A stretch of DNA of 49,897 nucleotides from Parcubacteria group bacterium 21-54-25 (GCA_002255585.1 NCBJ01000007.1:1-49897); one strand, 5' to 3'. Counted from the stretch's first letter, positions 16,217-23,941 are shown. The notes: a model not told the origin generated them from the letters alone. Made by a program: numbers and translations.

Positions 16217-17701
16217 ATGGCACGTACAAATCGTCCCCCAATTATCGCCGTCATGGGTCATATTGATCATGGGAAGTCGTCTTTGCTTGACTACATTCGC
16301 AAAAGCAATACCGTAGCAGGAGAGTCCGGTGGCATCACACAACACGTGTCTGCCTACGAGGTTGAACACGTTTACGAAGGCGCGCCACGGCGCATCACCT
16401 TTCTTGACACTCCCGGGCATGAAGCTTTTCACGCGCTTCGGGCACGTGGCGCTTCCGTTGCCGACGTAGCCATTTTGGTGGTCGCCGCCGATGAAGGCGT
16501 AAAACCGCAGACACTTGATGCACTTGCCGCCATAAATGAAGCAGGTATCCCGTATGTTGTGGCGCTCACAAAGATCGACAAGCGCGAAGCAGATGTCGAG
16601 CGCGCAAAGACATCGCTGTTGGAGAACGAGGTATATCTTGAGGGGCTTGGTGGCGCAGTACCGTATGCGCCCATTTCTTCGAAAAGTGGCGAAGGCGTGC
16701 CCGCACTCCTTGACCTCGTGCTGTTAGCTGCTGATCTCGCCGAGCTTTCGGCGGATGCACACGCGCTTGCGGCTGGTTTTGTGTTGGAGTCGACGCAAGA
16801 CCCAAGGCGCGGGCTTTCGGCAACGCTTATTGTCAAAGAAGGTACACTCACAACAGGTGTATATGTAGTAGCAGGTGAAGCCTATGCGCCGGTGCGCTTC
16901 ATGGAGAATTTTCTTGGTGTGCGCGTGATGGAAGCAGGCCCCTCCTCGCCAGTGCACGTTGCTGGCTTTTCCGCACTGCCTCCAGCGGGGACACCCTTCG
17001 TGGTGGTGACATCACGTAAAGAAGCACAGGCACGTCATCACGAGAAATCTGTTTTGTCGCCAAAACATACAACCACTGGGCAGGCAGTCGCGCAGGATGT
17101 TGCAGTTATGCCGCTTGTTATAAAGGCCGATGTCACGGGCAGTCTTGAGGCAATTGCTCATGAACTCACAAAGATTGCCCACGAGCACGCGCAATTGCAT
17201 ATCGTAGCCACTGGCGTGGGCGCAGTGACGGAAAACGATGTCAAAATGGCGCATGCTGCCTCCGGCGTTGTGGTGGCGTTCCATGTGTCCGTTGAGGCAT
17301 CTGCGCGCGATCTAGCGATGCGCATGAGTGTCCCCGTTGAAACTTTCACTATCATTTACGACCTTAGCGAACGTATCAACGCACTGCTTTTGGAGCGCGC
17401 ACCACACGTAACCAAAGAAGAAGCGCTCGGGGAAGCGAAGATACTCAGAACCTTTAGTGCGACCGCGCGTAAGCGCGTTGCTGGCGCGCGACTGGTATCT
17501 GGCTCCATGGCGGTGGGAGCACTGGTGCGAATTATGCGTCGTGATATTGAGCTTGGACGTGGCAAGATTACGAACCTGCAACAGGCGCGTGCGGACGTAC
17601 GAGAAATCCGCACGGAAGGTGAGTTTGGGCTTGAGATCGAGACCAAAGCAGACGTGGCAGGAGGCGACACCATCACTGCATATACGATTGTTGAAGCATG
17701 A
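16217..17701 (+). CDS. infB: Translation initiation factor IF-2 (short form lacking the long N-terminal region)
   Basis: G-domain 'VMGHIDHGKSSLLD', 'DTPGHEAF', 'TKID', and the C-terminal IF-2 domains. Confidence 0.9.
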   Translation: MARTNRPPIIAVMGHIDHGKSSLLDYIRKSNTVAGESGGITQHVSAYEVEHVYEGAPRRITFLDTPGHEAFHALRARGASVADVAILVVAADEGVKPQTLDALAAINEAGIPYVVALTKIDKREADVERAKTSLLENEVYLEGLGGAVPYAPISSKSGEGVPALLDLVLLAADLAELSADAHALAAGFVLESTQDPRRGLSATLIVKEGTLTTGVYVVAGEAYAPVRFMENFLGVRVMEAGPSSPVHVAGFSALPPAGTPFVVVTSRKEAQARHHEKSVLSPKHTTTGQAVAQDVAVMPLVIKADVTGSLEAIAHELTKIAHEHAQLHIVATGVGAVTENDVKMAHAASGVVVAFHVSVEASARDLAMRMSVPVETFTIIYDLSERINALLLERAPHVTKEEALGEAKILRTFSATARKRVAGARLVSGSMAVGALVRIMRRDIELGRGKITNLQQARADVREIRTEGEFGLEIETKADVAGGDTITAYTIVEA

Positions 17702-18024
17702 GCGGACATCGCGACCAAGCAGAAGAAGCGCTCTTGATGCGTCTTGCCGCGCGGTACATCGCGCGTGAAGCAAATAGAGATTCACTCATCACGCCGACGC
17801 GCGCCACACTTGCACCCGGCCGAACGAAAGCGACGGTCTATGTAAGTGTGTTTCCTGACACCGCGGTCGAGAGCGCGCTCTCGTTCCTCCGGCGTCGGCA
17901 GCATGATTTTTTTGAGTTTTTGAAAAAAGAATCACGTCTCTCACCAATTCCCGGCGTACGATTCGAATTTGACCTCGGCGAGAAAAACCGCCAGCACTTG
18001 GACGACATTTCACGAAAGCTGTGA
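17698..18024 (+). CDS. rbfA: Ribosome-binding factor A
   Basis: 108 aa, overlapping the infB stop by 4 nt (classical infB-rbfA synteny). 'ITPTRATLAPGRTKATVYVSVF' fits the RbfA KH-like core. Confidence 0.75.
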   Translation: MSGHRDQAEEALLMRLAARYIAREANRDSLITPTRATLAPGRTKATVYVSVFPDTAVESALSFLRRRQHDFFEFLKKESRLSPIPGVRFEFDLGEKNRQHLDDISRKL

Positions 18025-18041
18025 GGCCCGAGCGGGAATCG
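18021..18041. repeat. Direct repeat, distal copy of the tRNA-Cys 3' end (21 nt)
   Basis: GTGAGGCCCGAGCGGGAATCG is identical to 18187-18207. It contains the rbfA stop codon. Confidence 0.95.
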
Positions 18042-18186
18042 GTCACGAGTCACTAAGTAAAACACTTCACCGATGCTTGCATTTTGCTAAGTGCTCGCGA
18101 CCCCGCCTCGCGACACTCGCACTGCTCGTGTATCGCTGCGGCCTGCGATTCCCGACGAAGCATGCGCAGGCATGCTTCTCTCGCGC
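18042..18186 (-). mobile_element. Miniature insertion E1 (145 nt) between the two copies of the tRNA-Cys 3' end
   Basis: It shares GTCACGAGTCACTA and AAGTGCTCGCGACCCCGCCTCGC with element E2, which lies in inverted orientation. It contains an inverted copy of the tRNA T-loop and T-stem (TGCGATTCCCG, 18144-18154) and a 9-bp hairpin (18157-18178). Confidence 0.6.
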
Positions 18187-18207
18187 GTGAGGCCCGAGCG
18201 GGAATCG
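18187..18207. repeat. Direct repeat, tRNA-proximal copy (the 3' end of tRNA-Cys itself)
   Basis: Identical to 18021-18041. Confidence 0.95.
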
Positions 18208-18261
18208 CACCCGCGCATCGCGGTTTTGCAGACCGCTGCGTTTCTACTTCGCCATCGGGCC
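18190..18261 (-). tRNA. tRNA-Cys (GCA)
   Basis: Reverse complement: GGCCCGA-TG-GCGA...-GCGGT-CTGCAAA-ACCGC-GATGC-GCGGG-TGCGATT-CCCGC-TCGGGCC-T. It has a 3-bp D-stem and a T-loop with G55. Confidence 0.85.
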
Positions 18262-18335
18262 TTGTGCATAGAGAGTAACAGACATACACTATTTCCTCCA
18301 CAGGACGTGTTATATGGTATCGTTTAACCTGAACT

Positions 18336-18424
18336 GCCCGGGTGGCGGAATGGTAGACGCACAGGGCTTAAAACCCTGAGGGGGCCTAAAGATCCCCGTG
18401 CCGGTTCGAGTCCGGCCCCGGGTA
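18336..18424 (+). tRNA. tRNA-Leu (UAA)
   Basis: Acceptor GCCCGGG/CCCGGGT, anticodon loop CTTAAAA, long variable arm, T-loop TTCGAGT. Confidence 0.9.
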
Positions 18425-18492
18425 CTTTGAATAATAAGGAATATTTTCTTATCTACCGCGGCCGATTGCTACCCACAAAAAAGGACATCCTA

Positions 18493-18521
18493 TTGAAGCT
18501 CCTTTCATTTTCCGCTAGTAT
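18493..18521 (+). promoter_or_regulatory. Sigma70-like promoter upstream of tRNA-Lys
   Basis: TTGAAG (18493-18498), 17-nt spacer, TAGTAT (18516-18521). The tRNA starts 10 nt downstream. Confidence 0.45.
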
Positions 18522-18530
18522 GCAAATTAT

Positions 18531-18603
18531 CCGCCTATAGCTCAATTGGTAGAGCAGTTGCCTCTTAAGCAATTGGTTCCAGGTTCGAGTCCTGGTGGGC
18601 GGA
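18531..18603 (+). tRNA. tRNA-Lys (CUU)
   Basis: Acceptor CCGCCTA/TGGGCGG, anticodon loop CTCTTAA, T-loop TTCGAGT. Confidence 0.88.
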
Positions 18604-18673
18604 CTGGGAGTATAGAAAAAGAGGGAAATGTCATACGGGACGTTCTGCGCAGGAGGCGTATACTTTCCCTTGG

Positions 18674-18758
18674 GGGCGAGTGGCGGAATTGGTATACGCG
18701 CATGGCTTAGGACCATGTTCCGAAAGGATTGAGGGTTCGAGTCCCTCCTCGCCCACCA
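18674..18758 (+). tRNA. tRNA-Leu (UAG), CCA encoded
   Basis: Acceptor GGGCGAG/CTCGCCC, anticodon loop CTTAGGA, long variable arm, T-loop TTCGAGT. Confidence 0.9.
18738..18757. repeat. Direct repeat, tRNA-proximal copy (3' end of tRNA-Leu(UAG))
   Basis: CGAGTCCCTCCTCGCCCACC compared with the distal copy CGAGTCCCTCTTTGCCCACC: 18 of 20 identical, and both changes keep G-U pairing with the acceptor 5' strand. Confidence 0.9.
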
Positions 18759-18931
18759 AGAACCGAGCCGCGCGCGAATGCGCGCGGCGACTATCCTTTG
18801 TGCGGCGGGAAGGGCCTCGAAGGCCGGAGCCGGTATACAAGACGAGCGAAGCGAGTGCTTGTCGGCGAGGCGGGGTCGCGAGCACTTGGCACAATACGTG
18901 CCGCGAAGTACTGTGCGTAGTGACTCGTGAC
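18758..18931 (+). mobile_element. Miniature insertion E2 (174 nt) between the two copies of the tRNA-Leu(UAG) 3' end
   Basis: The distal 85 nt or so are homologous to E1 (a 23-nt and a 14-nt block are identical). It has a 9-bp hairpin (18767-18788) and a degenerate inverted copy of the tRNA 3' end (18799-18819). Confidence 0.6.
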
Positions 18932-18951
18932 CGAGTCCCTCTTTGCCCACC
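18932..18951. repeat. Direct repeat, distal copy of the tRNA-Leu(UAG) 3' end
   Basis: See 18738-18757. It ends 7 nt before the ATG of the cysteine desulfurase gene. Confidence 0.9.
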
Positions 18952-18958
18952 TTAATCT

Positions 18959-20137
18959 ATGCAAAAATTACGAAAACGAGTCTATCTGGATTGGGCTGCG
19001 GCAGCGCCAGTGGCTCCACGCGCGCGTCGCGCTTTTACGCGCGCGCTTGCAATCTACGGCAATCCTTCAGGTGCGCATGCTGAGGGCCGTGCTGCGCGCA
19101 TGGTTCTCGAAGATGCACGGCGCACGATCGCTCGTCTTACTGAAGTAAAAGCTGACGATATCATTTTTACTTCCGGCGCAACCGAGGCGAATGCACTGGC
19201 TCTGTTGGGGCACATACACGCACTCCGAGAGAACGGGCGCGCTGAGTCGCGCACACACCTTCTCTATCTCCCCACCGCACACCGTTCGGTTATCGAGACG
19301 GTATTTGCGCTTATGCGCCAGGGCGTTGCCGCCGAGCCACTTCCCCTTGCGTCGGATGGTCGCGTTGATACCGAAACACTGGTTCGCATGCTGCGGCCGG
19401 AGACCGCGCTTATTTCAATGGACGCTGTGTGTGGCGAGACGGGGACAATCTGGAACACGCGAGAGGTGCGACGCGTATTAGAACATATGGGCGAGAAAGG
19501 GCCTCGTCCGCTCTTGCATGTGGACGCGAGTCAGGCACCGCTTGCCACTCGTATCACCCGTTCACATTGGGGTGCGGATTTGCTTGTGCTTGATGCGCAA
19601 AAAGCAGGCGGCGTGCGCGGCATAGGTGCGCTTATTGCTCACCGTACGATACCGCTTGTGCCGCTTACGCGTGGCGGGGGGCATGAGCGCGGTGTGCGTC
19701 CTGGCACAGAACCAGTGGCGCTTGCCGCGTCATTTGCCGCGGCATTGGAGGTGGCGACAGCGGGTCGAGAACGTTTTGTCGCACACGCTGCGCACACGCG
19801 CCACGCACTGCTTGCCGCCCTTGCTCCCATACCGGCGCTCATGCCAAATGGCGGGAAGGAAACCGTACCACACATCGTGAACATTTCACTTGTTGGGCGC
19901 GACACCGATTATCTAGTCGCACTGCTCGACGAAGCAGGATTTGCAGTGTCCACGAGGAGTGCCTGCGAGACAGATGCGGCTGGTTCGCACGTCGTGCTTG
20001 CGCTTACCAACGACGTCGCTCGCGCCGCCTCGACGCTGCGAATATCGTGGGGACCAGAGACGAAAGAGGTTGATTGTAGACGCTTCGCACATGCACTTGC
20101 GCAGGGAGTTGCGTTTCTTGACGGTGACGCCGTATAG
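18959..20137 (+). CDS. Cysteine desulfurase (NifS/IscS-like class V aminotransferase)
   Basis: 'VYLDWAAAAP', 'FTSGATEANALAL', 'LHVDASQA', and the active-site region 'STRSACE'. Confidence 0.85.
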   Translation: MQKLRKRVYLDWAAAAPVAPRARRAFTRALAIYGNPSGAHAEGRAARMVLEDARRTIARLTEVKADDIIFTSGATEANALALLGHIHALRENGRAESRTHLLYLPTAHRSVIETVFALMRQGVAAEPLPLASDGRVDTETLVRMLRPETALISMDAVCGETGTIWNTREVRRVLEHMGEKGPRPLLHVDASQAPLATRITRSHWGADLLVLDAQKAGGVRGIGALIAHRTIPLVPLTRGGGHERGVRPGTEPVALAASFAAALEVATAGRERFVAHAAHTRHALLAALAPIPALMPNGGKETVPHIVNISLVGRDTDYLVALLDEAGFAVSTRSACETDAAGSHVVLALTNDVARAASTLRISWGPETKEVDCRRFAHALAQGVAFLDGDAV

Positions 20138-20196
20138 TTGTATTATATGTATTCACAACTGTCGCACATTTTGCCGCACACGGTATACTTATCAAC

Positions 20197-21000
20197 ATGA
20201 ACATCGAGGAACTCACTAAATCGCAATTACTACTGCTTACCATTTTGGTAACCTTTGTTACGTCAATCGCCACGGGTATTTTGACGGTATCGCTCTTGGA
20301 CCAGGCACCGCCGGTGGTCACGCAGACGGTAAATCAAATTGTCGAGCGAACAATAAAGACGGTGGCCCCCAGCTTGCCGGTCACGGTCGTTAAAACGACC
20401 GCCCCAGCGCCGCCCTCAAGTGAAGACCTTGTAACCGGAGCGCTTGCTGCACAGAATGCGCGTACGGTACTCATCTATAAGACGGACCAGAGCACCTCTA
20501 CAGCGGCGACGGCTATAGGGACGTATTTGCCATCCGCGCGCGCGGTGGCAACGGCCGCTGCTGATATACTTCCGAAACAGGCAATCATCGAGTTCCCAGA
20601 CGGTTTGACTAAGCCAGTCACGCTTACCCGAGAGAACAAATCGCTAGCTATTTATGGCTTTTCGGACAGCGCGACACTGCCGCAAGTAGCCGATCCTAAA
20701 CTCGTTTCAGCACAGGATTTGAAGCTCGGGGAAACGGTATTGGCTATTCGTGGGGATGGAAGTGCAACGACCGGTATCGTAGCGCAGGTAACTACTAACG
20801 GGGTGTACACCACACTTCCATCCGTTGGCGCCGGCGTCGGGGCAGTTGACTTGTCAGGCGATTTGGTTGGCATCGCCACGGGCAATGCCCAAGGATTGTT
20901 CATCTCCGCAGATGTTCTACACGCGCTGCTTATCGCAACATCAACAACTGCAACCACCACCGCAACCAATACGCCAATTGTCAGTGCTTCGGCACCGTAA
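20197..21000 (+). CDS. Membrane-anchored protein with a trypsin-like (S1C/HtrA-like) fold that appears to lack the catalytic His and Ser
   Basis: N-terminal TM segment 'LLLLTILVTFVTSIATGILTVSLL'. 'GAGVGAVDLSGDLVGIATG' occupies the position of 'GNSGGPL....G.vvGI'. 'AVATAAADIL' occupies the position of 'vvTNaHVv'. Confidence 0.45.
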   Translation: MNIEELTKSQLLLLTILVTFVTSIATGILTVSLLDQAPPVVTQTVNQIVERTIKTVAPSLPVTVVKTTAPAPPSSEDLVTGALAAQNARTVLIYKTDQSTSTAATAIGTYLPSARAVATAAADILPKQAIIEFPDGLTKPVTLTRENKSLAIYGFSDSATLPQVADPKLVSAQDLKLGETVLAIRGDGSATTGIVAQVTTNGVYTTLPSVGAGVGAVDLSGDLVGIATGNAQGLFISADVLHALLIATSTTATTTATNTPIVSASAP

Positions 21001-21013
21001 CGACACACCACTT

Positions 21014-23695
21014 ATGCCACCATTCCAAAATTTCACCTCCAAAGCAAAAGAAGCCGTGCGCAAGGCGCACGAACTTGCGATTGAGCGTGGCCAAAACCAC
21101 GTCAGTCCGCTCCACCTGCTCGCGGCACTCGTACTTCAGGAAGAAAGCCTCGTTTTCTCCGTACTTGATCGCATGGATGTTGATACCATCCATCTTTCCG
21201 ATACGGTTCTTGAGACACTCGAAGCTCCCGAATCGTCCTCGGTCCTTGCGCCGTCCTATCAAATTTACCTCACGCCAGAACTGGCACAGTCGCTTGAAGC
21301 GTCGGGGAAAATCGCAGCACGCATGAACGATCCTTTCGTCGGCACCGAGCATCTTTTCTTGGCTGTGTTGGAACACCCTGGTCCCGCGACCGACATTCTC
21401 GCGCGTTTCCGTATCGACAAAGACACCGTTGAGTCAGTGCTCAAAGAGCTTAAAAATACCAAAGACGGTTCAGTTGCCGAGCCAAAGCGTTTTCGTGCGC
21501 TCGCAAAATTCACGAGAAATCTCACCGCGTTGGCTGCCGATAACAAACTTGACCCAGTAATTGGACGTGATGCGGAGATTAGCCGTGTCATACAAATCCT
21601 TTCTCGCCGCACCAAGAACAACCCCGTTTTGATTGGGGAAGCCGGCGTCGGTAAAACAGCTATCGCTGAAGGTCTTGCGGCGCGGATGGCGGTGCACGAC
21701 GTGCCAGAATCGTTACGCGGCAAAGAACTTCTTTCTCTGGATCTCGGGATGATGATTGCCGGCACCAAGTACCGTGGTGAATTCGAGGAACGTCTGAAGA
21801 CCGTCATGAAAGAAGTAGAACGTGCACAAGGGAAGGTCATTCTTTTTATTGACGAACTGCATACGCTCGTGGGTGCTGGCGCGGCCGAGGGCGCGGTTGA
21901 CGCGGCAAACATGCTAAAGCCCGCGTTAGCGCGCGGTGAGATGCGTGTCATTGGCGCCACGACACTCAAGGAATATCAAAAACATATTGAGAAAGACACG
22001 GCGCTCACACGACGTTTCCAGCCGATTTACGTCCAAGAACCTTCGGTTGAAGATGCGATTGCTATTTTGCGTGGGCTACGCGAAAAGTATGAACTGTATC
22101 ACGGCGTACGCATTACGGATGGTGCACTAGTATCCGCCGTGGAGCTTTCGTCACGATACCTTTCGGATCGTTTTCTACCCGACAAAGCCATCGATCTTAT
22201 CGATGAAGCGGCATCCGGCTTGCGCATCGCGCTTGAAAACAAACCGCCACTTCTTGAAGAAACCGATCGCAAAATCCGGCGGCTTGAGATAGAGCGCCAA
22301 GCGCTACAAAAAGATGAGGAAGGTGAGCATGGGAAGGAAATTAAGGGTCGCATCAAAGCAATCGATACCGAAGTTGCCGATTTACGTGAGAAAACCAAGG
22401 AAATAGAACTGAAGTGGAGAAATGAAAAAGAAGTACTCGAAGGTATTCGCAAAGCAAAAACAGAACTCGAATCACTCAAAGTGCAAGCGGAAAACGCAGA
22501 GGCCGCGGCGGATCTTGGCACTACTGCGGAAATTCGCTATGGGAAAATGCCGGCACTCCAGAAAGATCTCGAACAAAAGTTGAAACGACTAAAGACCTTG
22601 CAAAAGTCCCGGCGCATTCTGAACGAAGAGGTGACCGAGCAAAATATTGCCGCCGTTGTCGCTCGATGGACTGGCATTCCTGTGGCGCGCATGCTCGAGG
22701 AGGAGGCCGCAAAACTTGCGCGCATGGAAGACGCGATCACACACGCAATTGTGGGACAAAACGAAGCAGTAAAAAAAGTAGCGAACGCGGTGAAACGCTC
22801 GCGCGTTGGCATTAGTGACCCGAATCGACCGATTGGCTCCTTCCTCTTTTTGGGCCCTACCGGCGTTGGGAAAACCGAGCTCTCAAGACGGCTCGCGGAG
22901 TTCATGTTTAATGATACCGATGCTTTGGTGCGCATTGACATGAGTGAATTCATGGAAAAGCACTCAGTTGCCAAACTGGTTGGCGCACCACCCGGGTATG
23001 TTGGGTATGAGGAGTCCGGTACGCTTACTGAGCGTATTCGCCACCGCCCCTACGCGGTCGTGCTCTTCGATGAAATTGAGAAGGCACATCCGGAAGTGTT
23101 CAACATTTTGCTTCAAGTACTCGATAGCGGCCATCTGACTGACGGCAAGGGGCGCAAAGTCAACTTCAAAAATACGATTATTATTTTGACGAGTAACCTC
23201 GGCGCCGAACTCATTGATCGCATGGCGCACATTGGTTTCGGTAACGCTGACGCTACTGACGCAGTGCGGTATGAGCAGGTCAAGGAAAAGGTCTTTGGGA
23301 CACTTAAGGACCACTTTCGTCCCGAATTTCTCAATCGCCTCGATGACATCATCATTTTTGACGTCTTAAGCAAAGAGGCGTTGGCCGAGATTGTTGAGAA
23401 ACAGGTTGCAGAAGTGGTTGCACGGCTCAATGCAAAACGCATTACACTTGCCATTGCTCCTGAGGTGCGCGCATGGCTTGCCGAAACAGGCTACAGTCCA
23501 CAGTATGGTGCGCGGCCTCTCAAACGCGTCATCCAAGACCAAATCTTGACACCGATTGCCTCGCTCATGGTAGCGCAGGGCGTCATGGAAGGAGGCACCG
23601 TCTCGATCTCGCTTAAGAACGGAAAACCAGTCTTTGACGTAAAGAAAACTACCCCGCGGAGCCGTGCGCGCACGCCGCGCGCCGTGGCGGCATAG
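21014..23695 (+). CDS. clpB: ATP-dependent chaperone ClpB
   Basis: Clp_N repeats, two AAA+ modules ('GEAGVGKTAIAEGLA', 'GPTGVGKTELSRRLA') and the coiled-coil middle domain. I prefer the ATG at 21014. Confidence 0.92.
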   Translation: MPPFQNFTSKAKEAVRKAHELAIERGQNHVSPLHLLAALVLQEESLVFSVLDRMDVDTIHLSDTVLETLEAPESSSVLAPSYQIYLTPELAQSLEASGKIAARMNDPFVGTEHLFLAVLEHPGPATDILARFRIDKDTVESVLKELKNTKDGSVAEPKRFRALAKFTRNLTALAADNKLDPVIGRDAEISRVIQILSRRTKNNPVLIGEAGVGKTAIAEGLAARMAVHDVPESLRGKELLSLDLGMMIAGTKYRGEFEERLKTVMKEVERAQGKVILFIDELHTLVGAGAAEGAVDAANMLKPALARGEMRVIGATTLKEYQKHIEKDTALTRRFQPIYVQEPSVEDAIAILRGLREKYELYHGVRITDGALVSAVELSSRYLSDRFLPDKAIDLIDEAASGLRIALENKPPLLEETDRKIRRLEIERQALQKDEEGEHGKEIKGRIKAIDTEVADLREKTKEIELKWRNEKEVLEGIRKAKTELESLKVQAENAEAAADLGTTAEIRYGKMPALQKDLEQKLKRLKTLQKSRRILNEEVTEQNIAAVVARWTGIPVARMLEEEAAKLARMEDAITHAIVGQNEAVKKVANAVKRSRVGISDPNRPIGSFLFLGPTGVGKTELSRRLAEFMFNDTDALVRIDMSEFMEKHSVAKLVGAPPGYVGYEESGTLTERIRHRPYAVVLFDEIEKAHPEVFNILLQVLDSGHLTDGKGRKVNFKNTIIILTSNLGAELIDRMAHIGFGNADATDAVRYEQVKEKVFGTLKDHFRPEFLNRLDDIIIFDVLSKEALAEIVEKQVAEVVARLNAKRITLAIAPEVRAWLAETGYSPQYGARPLKRVIQDQILTPIASLMVAQGVMEGGTVSISLKNGKPVFDVKKTTPRSRARTPRAVAA

Positions 23696-23698
23696 GCA

Positions 23699-23727
23699 TT
23701 GCACGAGGGTCTTATTTCTGGTAGATT
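23699..23727 (+). promoter_or_regulatory. Promoter of rpmG copy 1; a leaderless transcript is likely
   Basis: TTGCAC (23699-23704), 17-nt spacer, TAGATT (23722-23727). The ATG follows 6 nt later and there is no Shine-Dalgarno sequence. Confidence 0.5.
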
Positions 23728-23733
23728 CTCCCT

Positions 23734-23889
23734 ATGTCGCAAAATCACCTCATCAAGCTTCGCTCGACGAAGTCAAGCTACACGTACCACACACGCAAAA
23801 ACCGCAAAAAAGTCGAGCGCAAGATTGAGTTCAAAAAATACGACCCCACCACTCGCACGCACGAAATATTTAAGGAGGTCAAAAAATAA
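23734..23889 (+). CDS. rpmG: 50S ribosomal protein L33 (Cys-less type), below the ORF-track size cutoff
   Basis: [51 protein letters not shown]. This fits the L33 pattern 'Y.T.KN.....+le.+KY.P....H..f+E.K'. Confidence 0.85.
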   Translation: MSQNHLIKLRSTKSSYTYHTRKNRKKVERKIEFKKYDPTTRTHEIFKEVKK

Positions 23890-23897
23890 AGGGAAAC

Positions 23898-23934
23898 ACA
23901 ACACACCCCGCGCTCTTGGCGCGGGGTGTGTTGT
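23898..23934. terminator. Hairpin terminator (16-bp stem) between rpmG copy 1 and the convergent ATPase fragment
   Basis: ACAACACACCCCGCGC-tcttg-GCGCGGGGTGTGTTGT. Confidence 0.7.
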
Positions 23935-23941
23935 ACTGCCG

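Noticed and set aside
18453-18950. 165-aa ORF spanning the tRNA cluster, and the apparently conserved peptide (G[IL]GHESL...AKCSRPRLA) translated from both mini-elements
   Set aside because: The ORFs run straight through tRNA genes or through the rbfA end and have no start codon or ribosome-binding site inside the elements. The peptide similarity simply mirrors the conserved DNA blocks. The 3-nt length difference between the copies is weak evidence for coding.
20825-21013. Upstream extension of the clpB ORF (956 aa)
   Set aside because: It overlaps the 3' end of the preceding gene. ClpB homology (the Clp_N domain) starts at MPPFQNFTSKAKEA, at the ATG at 21014.
21265-21969. Large shadow ORFs antisense to, or out of frame with, strong genes (for example 21265..21969, 13537..14145, 34112..35131, 38155..38847, 16429..16851, 42470..42973, 14520..15065, 32168..32965)
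   Set aside because: These are typical GC-rich shadow frames with Arg/Ala/Ser/Pro-rich, low-complexity translations and no motifs. Each overlaps a gene with clear homology-type motifs.
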